A stretch of DNA of 63,910 nucleotides, filler included, from Phoronis australis (lineage: Eukaryota > Animalia > Phoronida), in the NCBI GenBank assembly GCA_002633005.1. It is 6 parts of 6 records of this genome, joined end to end, with 100 filler letters (N's around TTAATTAATTAA, not from the genome) between each part and the next. Parts side by side here need not be neighbours in the genome. Positions count along the whole stretch, not along the records: positions 62,298 to 63,910 come from NMRA01001735.1; 5 more parts are not named here. One strand, given 5' to 3'. The notes under the pieces were generated by a model. The model had not been told where the DNA came from, searched no databases, and worked only from the letters and a program-made list of their open reading frames with translations. A program made the position numbers and the translations under genes. How positions within the stretch are numbered: the stretch's first letter is position 1; every line of letters starts with the position of its first letter. Shown here piece after piece: positions 63,360 through 63,910 of the stretch.

Positions 63360-63908
63360 CTAGACCGACGACACCAATTCGTTCATAGACGTTAGATTAC
63401 CATTCGATCCCAAGCTTTCTTGAGTGGGCCCACGGTCATTGTCGTCTGCTTTCTTAGTCGAGCACCTACATTTCTGTTTGAGAAGGCGAAAAACTTTCTT
63501 CGACCAAACAAATGCCAAGCAAATAAAAACGCCTTGAAGGCTATTAAACAGTATAAACATGTTCCAGAGATCACTGGACTCCGTCATAGAAGCAAAATAG
63601 CCCAGAAGCCAAGTGATGCCCATTATAATGGACAGTTTGGCATACAACAGCACTCGAAGCTCGTCTCCCTTCTTCCTCTCCACTTGGCCGGTGAGAATGC
63701 TTTTACAGATAACCCGAACAGTGAAGACAAAAAATACCAAGTTGACAAATAGAACAAATGCGGCAGGCAAAGTGAAAAACGCCAACAATCCGTCCCGGTT
63801 TGTTATAAAGCAAAAACCGTCTCCGTACGCTGGCTTTATGACAGATCCGGGGATGTTGTCAAACACAACACTGACAGTTATACAAACTAGAGGTCCTGAC
63901 CAAGCATA
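63360..63908 (-). CDS. Family B (adhesion/Methuselah-like, 7tm_2) GPCR, TM4-TM7 and C-tail; 5' part outside the window
   Basis: YAWSGPL...PAYGDGFCFI...FFTLP...VNLVFFVFT...KLSIIMGITWLLGY...FILFNSLQGVFICLAFV; open from the window edge to the stop at 63360. Confidence 0.92.
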   Translation of the reverse strand, partial: YAWSGPLVCITVSVVFDNIPGSVIKPAYGDGFCFITNRDGLLAFFTLPAAFVLFVNLVFFVFTVRVICKSILTGQVERKKGDELRVLLYAKLSIIMGITWLLGYFASMTESSDLWNMFILFNSLQGVFICLAFVWSKKVFRLLKQKCRCSTKKADDNDRGPTQESLGSNGNLTSMNELVSSV

Positions 63909-63910
63909 CA

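Overview
AT-rich eukaryotic genomic DNA, most consistent with a marine invertebrate (inference from the gene and repeat families; the species cannot be determined). It is not one locus: five artificial 100-nt spacers (N-run, TTAATTAATTAA, N-run) split it into six segments that may be unlinked. Genes rebuilt by hand from splice signals and reading phase: (1) a complete 5-exon secreted DUF4773-type Cys-rich protein (-, 3929-9764); (2) the first two exons of a secreted laccase/multicopper oxidase, joined by a probable GC-AG intron (-, 31932-33151); (3) a >2.6-kb single-exon secreted protein of 16 four-Cys modules with Thr-rich linkers (+, 51923-54536, cut by an assembly break); (4) three exons of an Arg/Ser-rich protein; (5) three laminin-gamma-like coiled-coil exons; (6) the TM4-TM7 end of a family-B/adhesion-type GPCR. 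The rest is repeat-rich: an APE-type LINE (LOA/R1-like), a tRNA-derived SINE sharing that LINE's structured 3' tail, a decayed L1/Tx1 carrying a perfect (CTG)50, a 671-bp tandem array, an inverted pair of Penelope-type hammerhead motifs, a Kolobok-like element with a THAP remnant and many MITE/foldback elements. No rRNA, true tRNA or CRISPR was seen. All family assignments come from motif recognition by eye, not from database searches.
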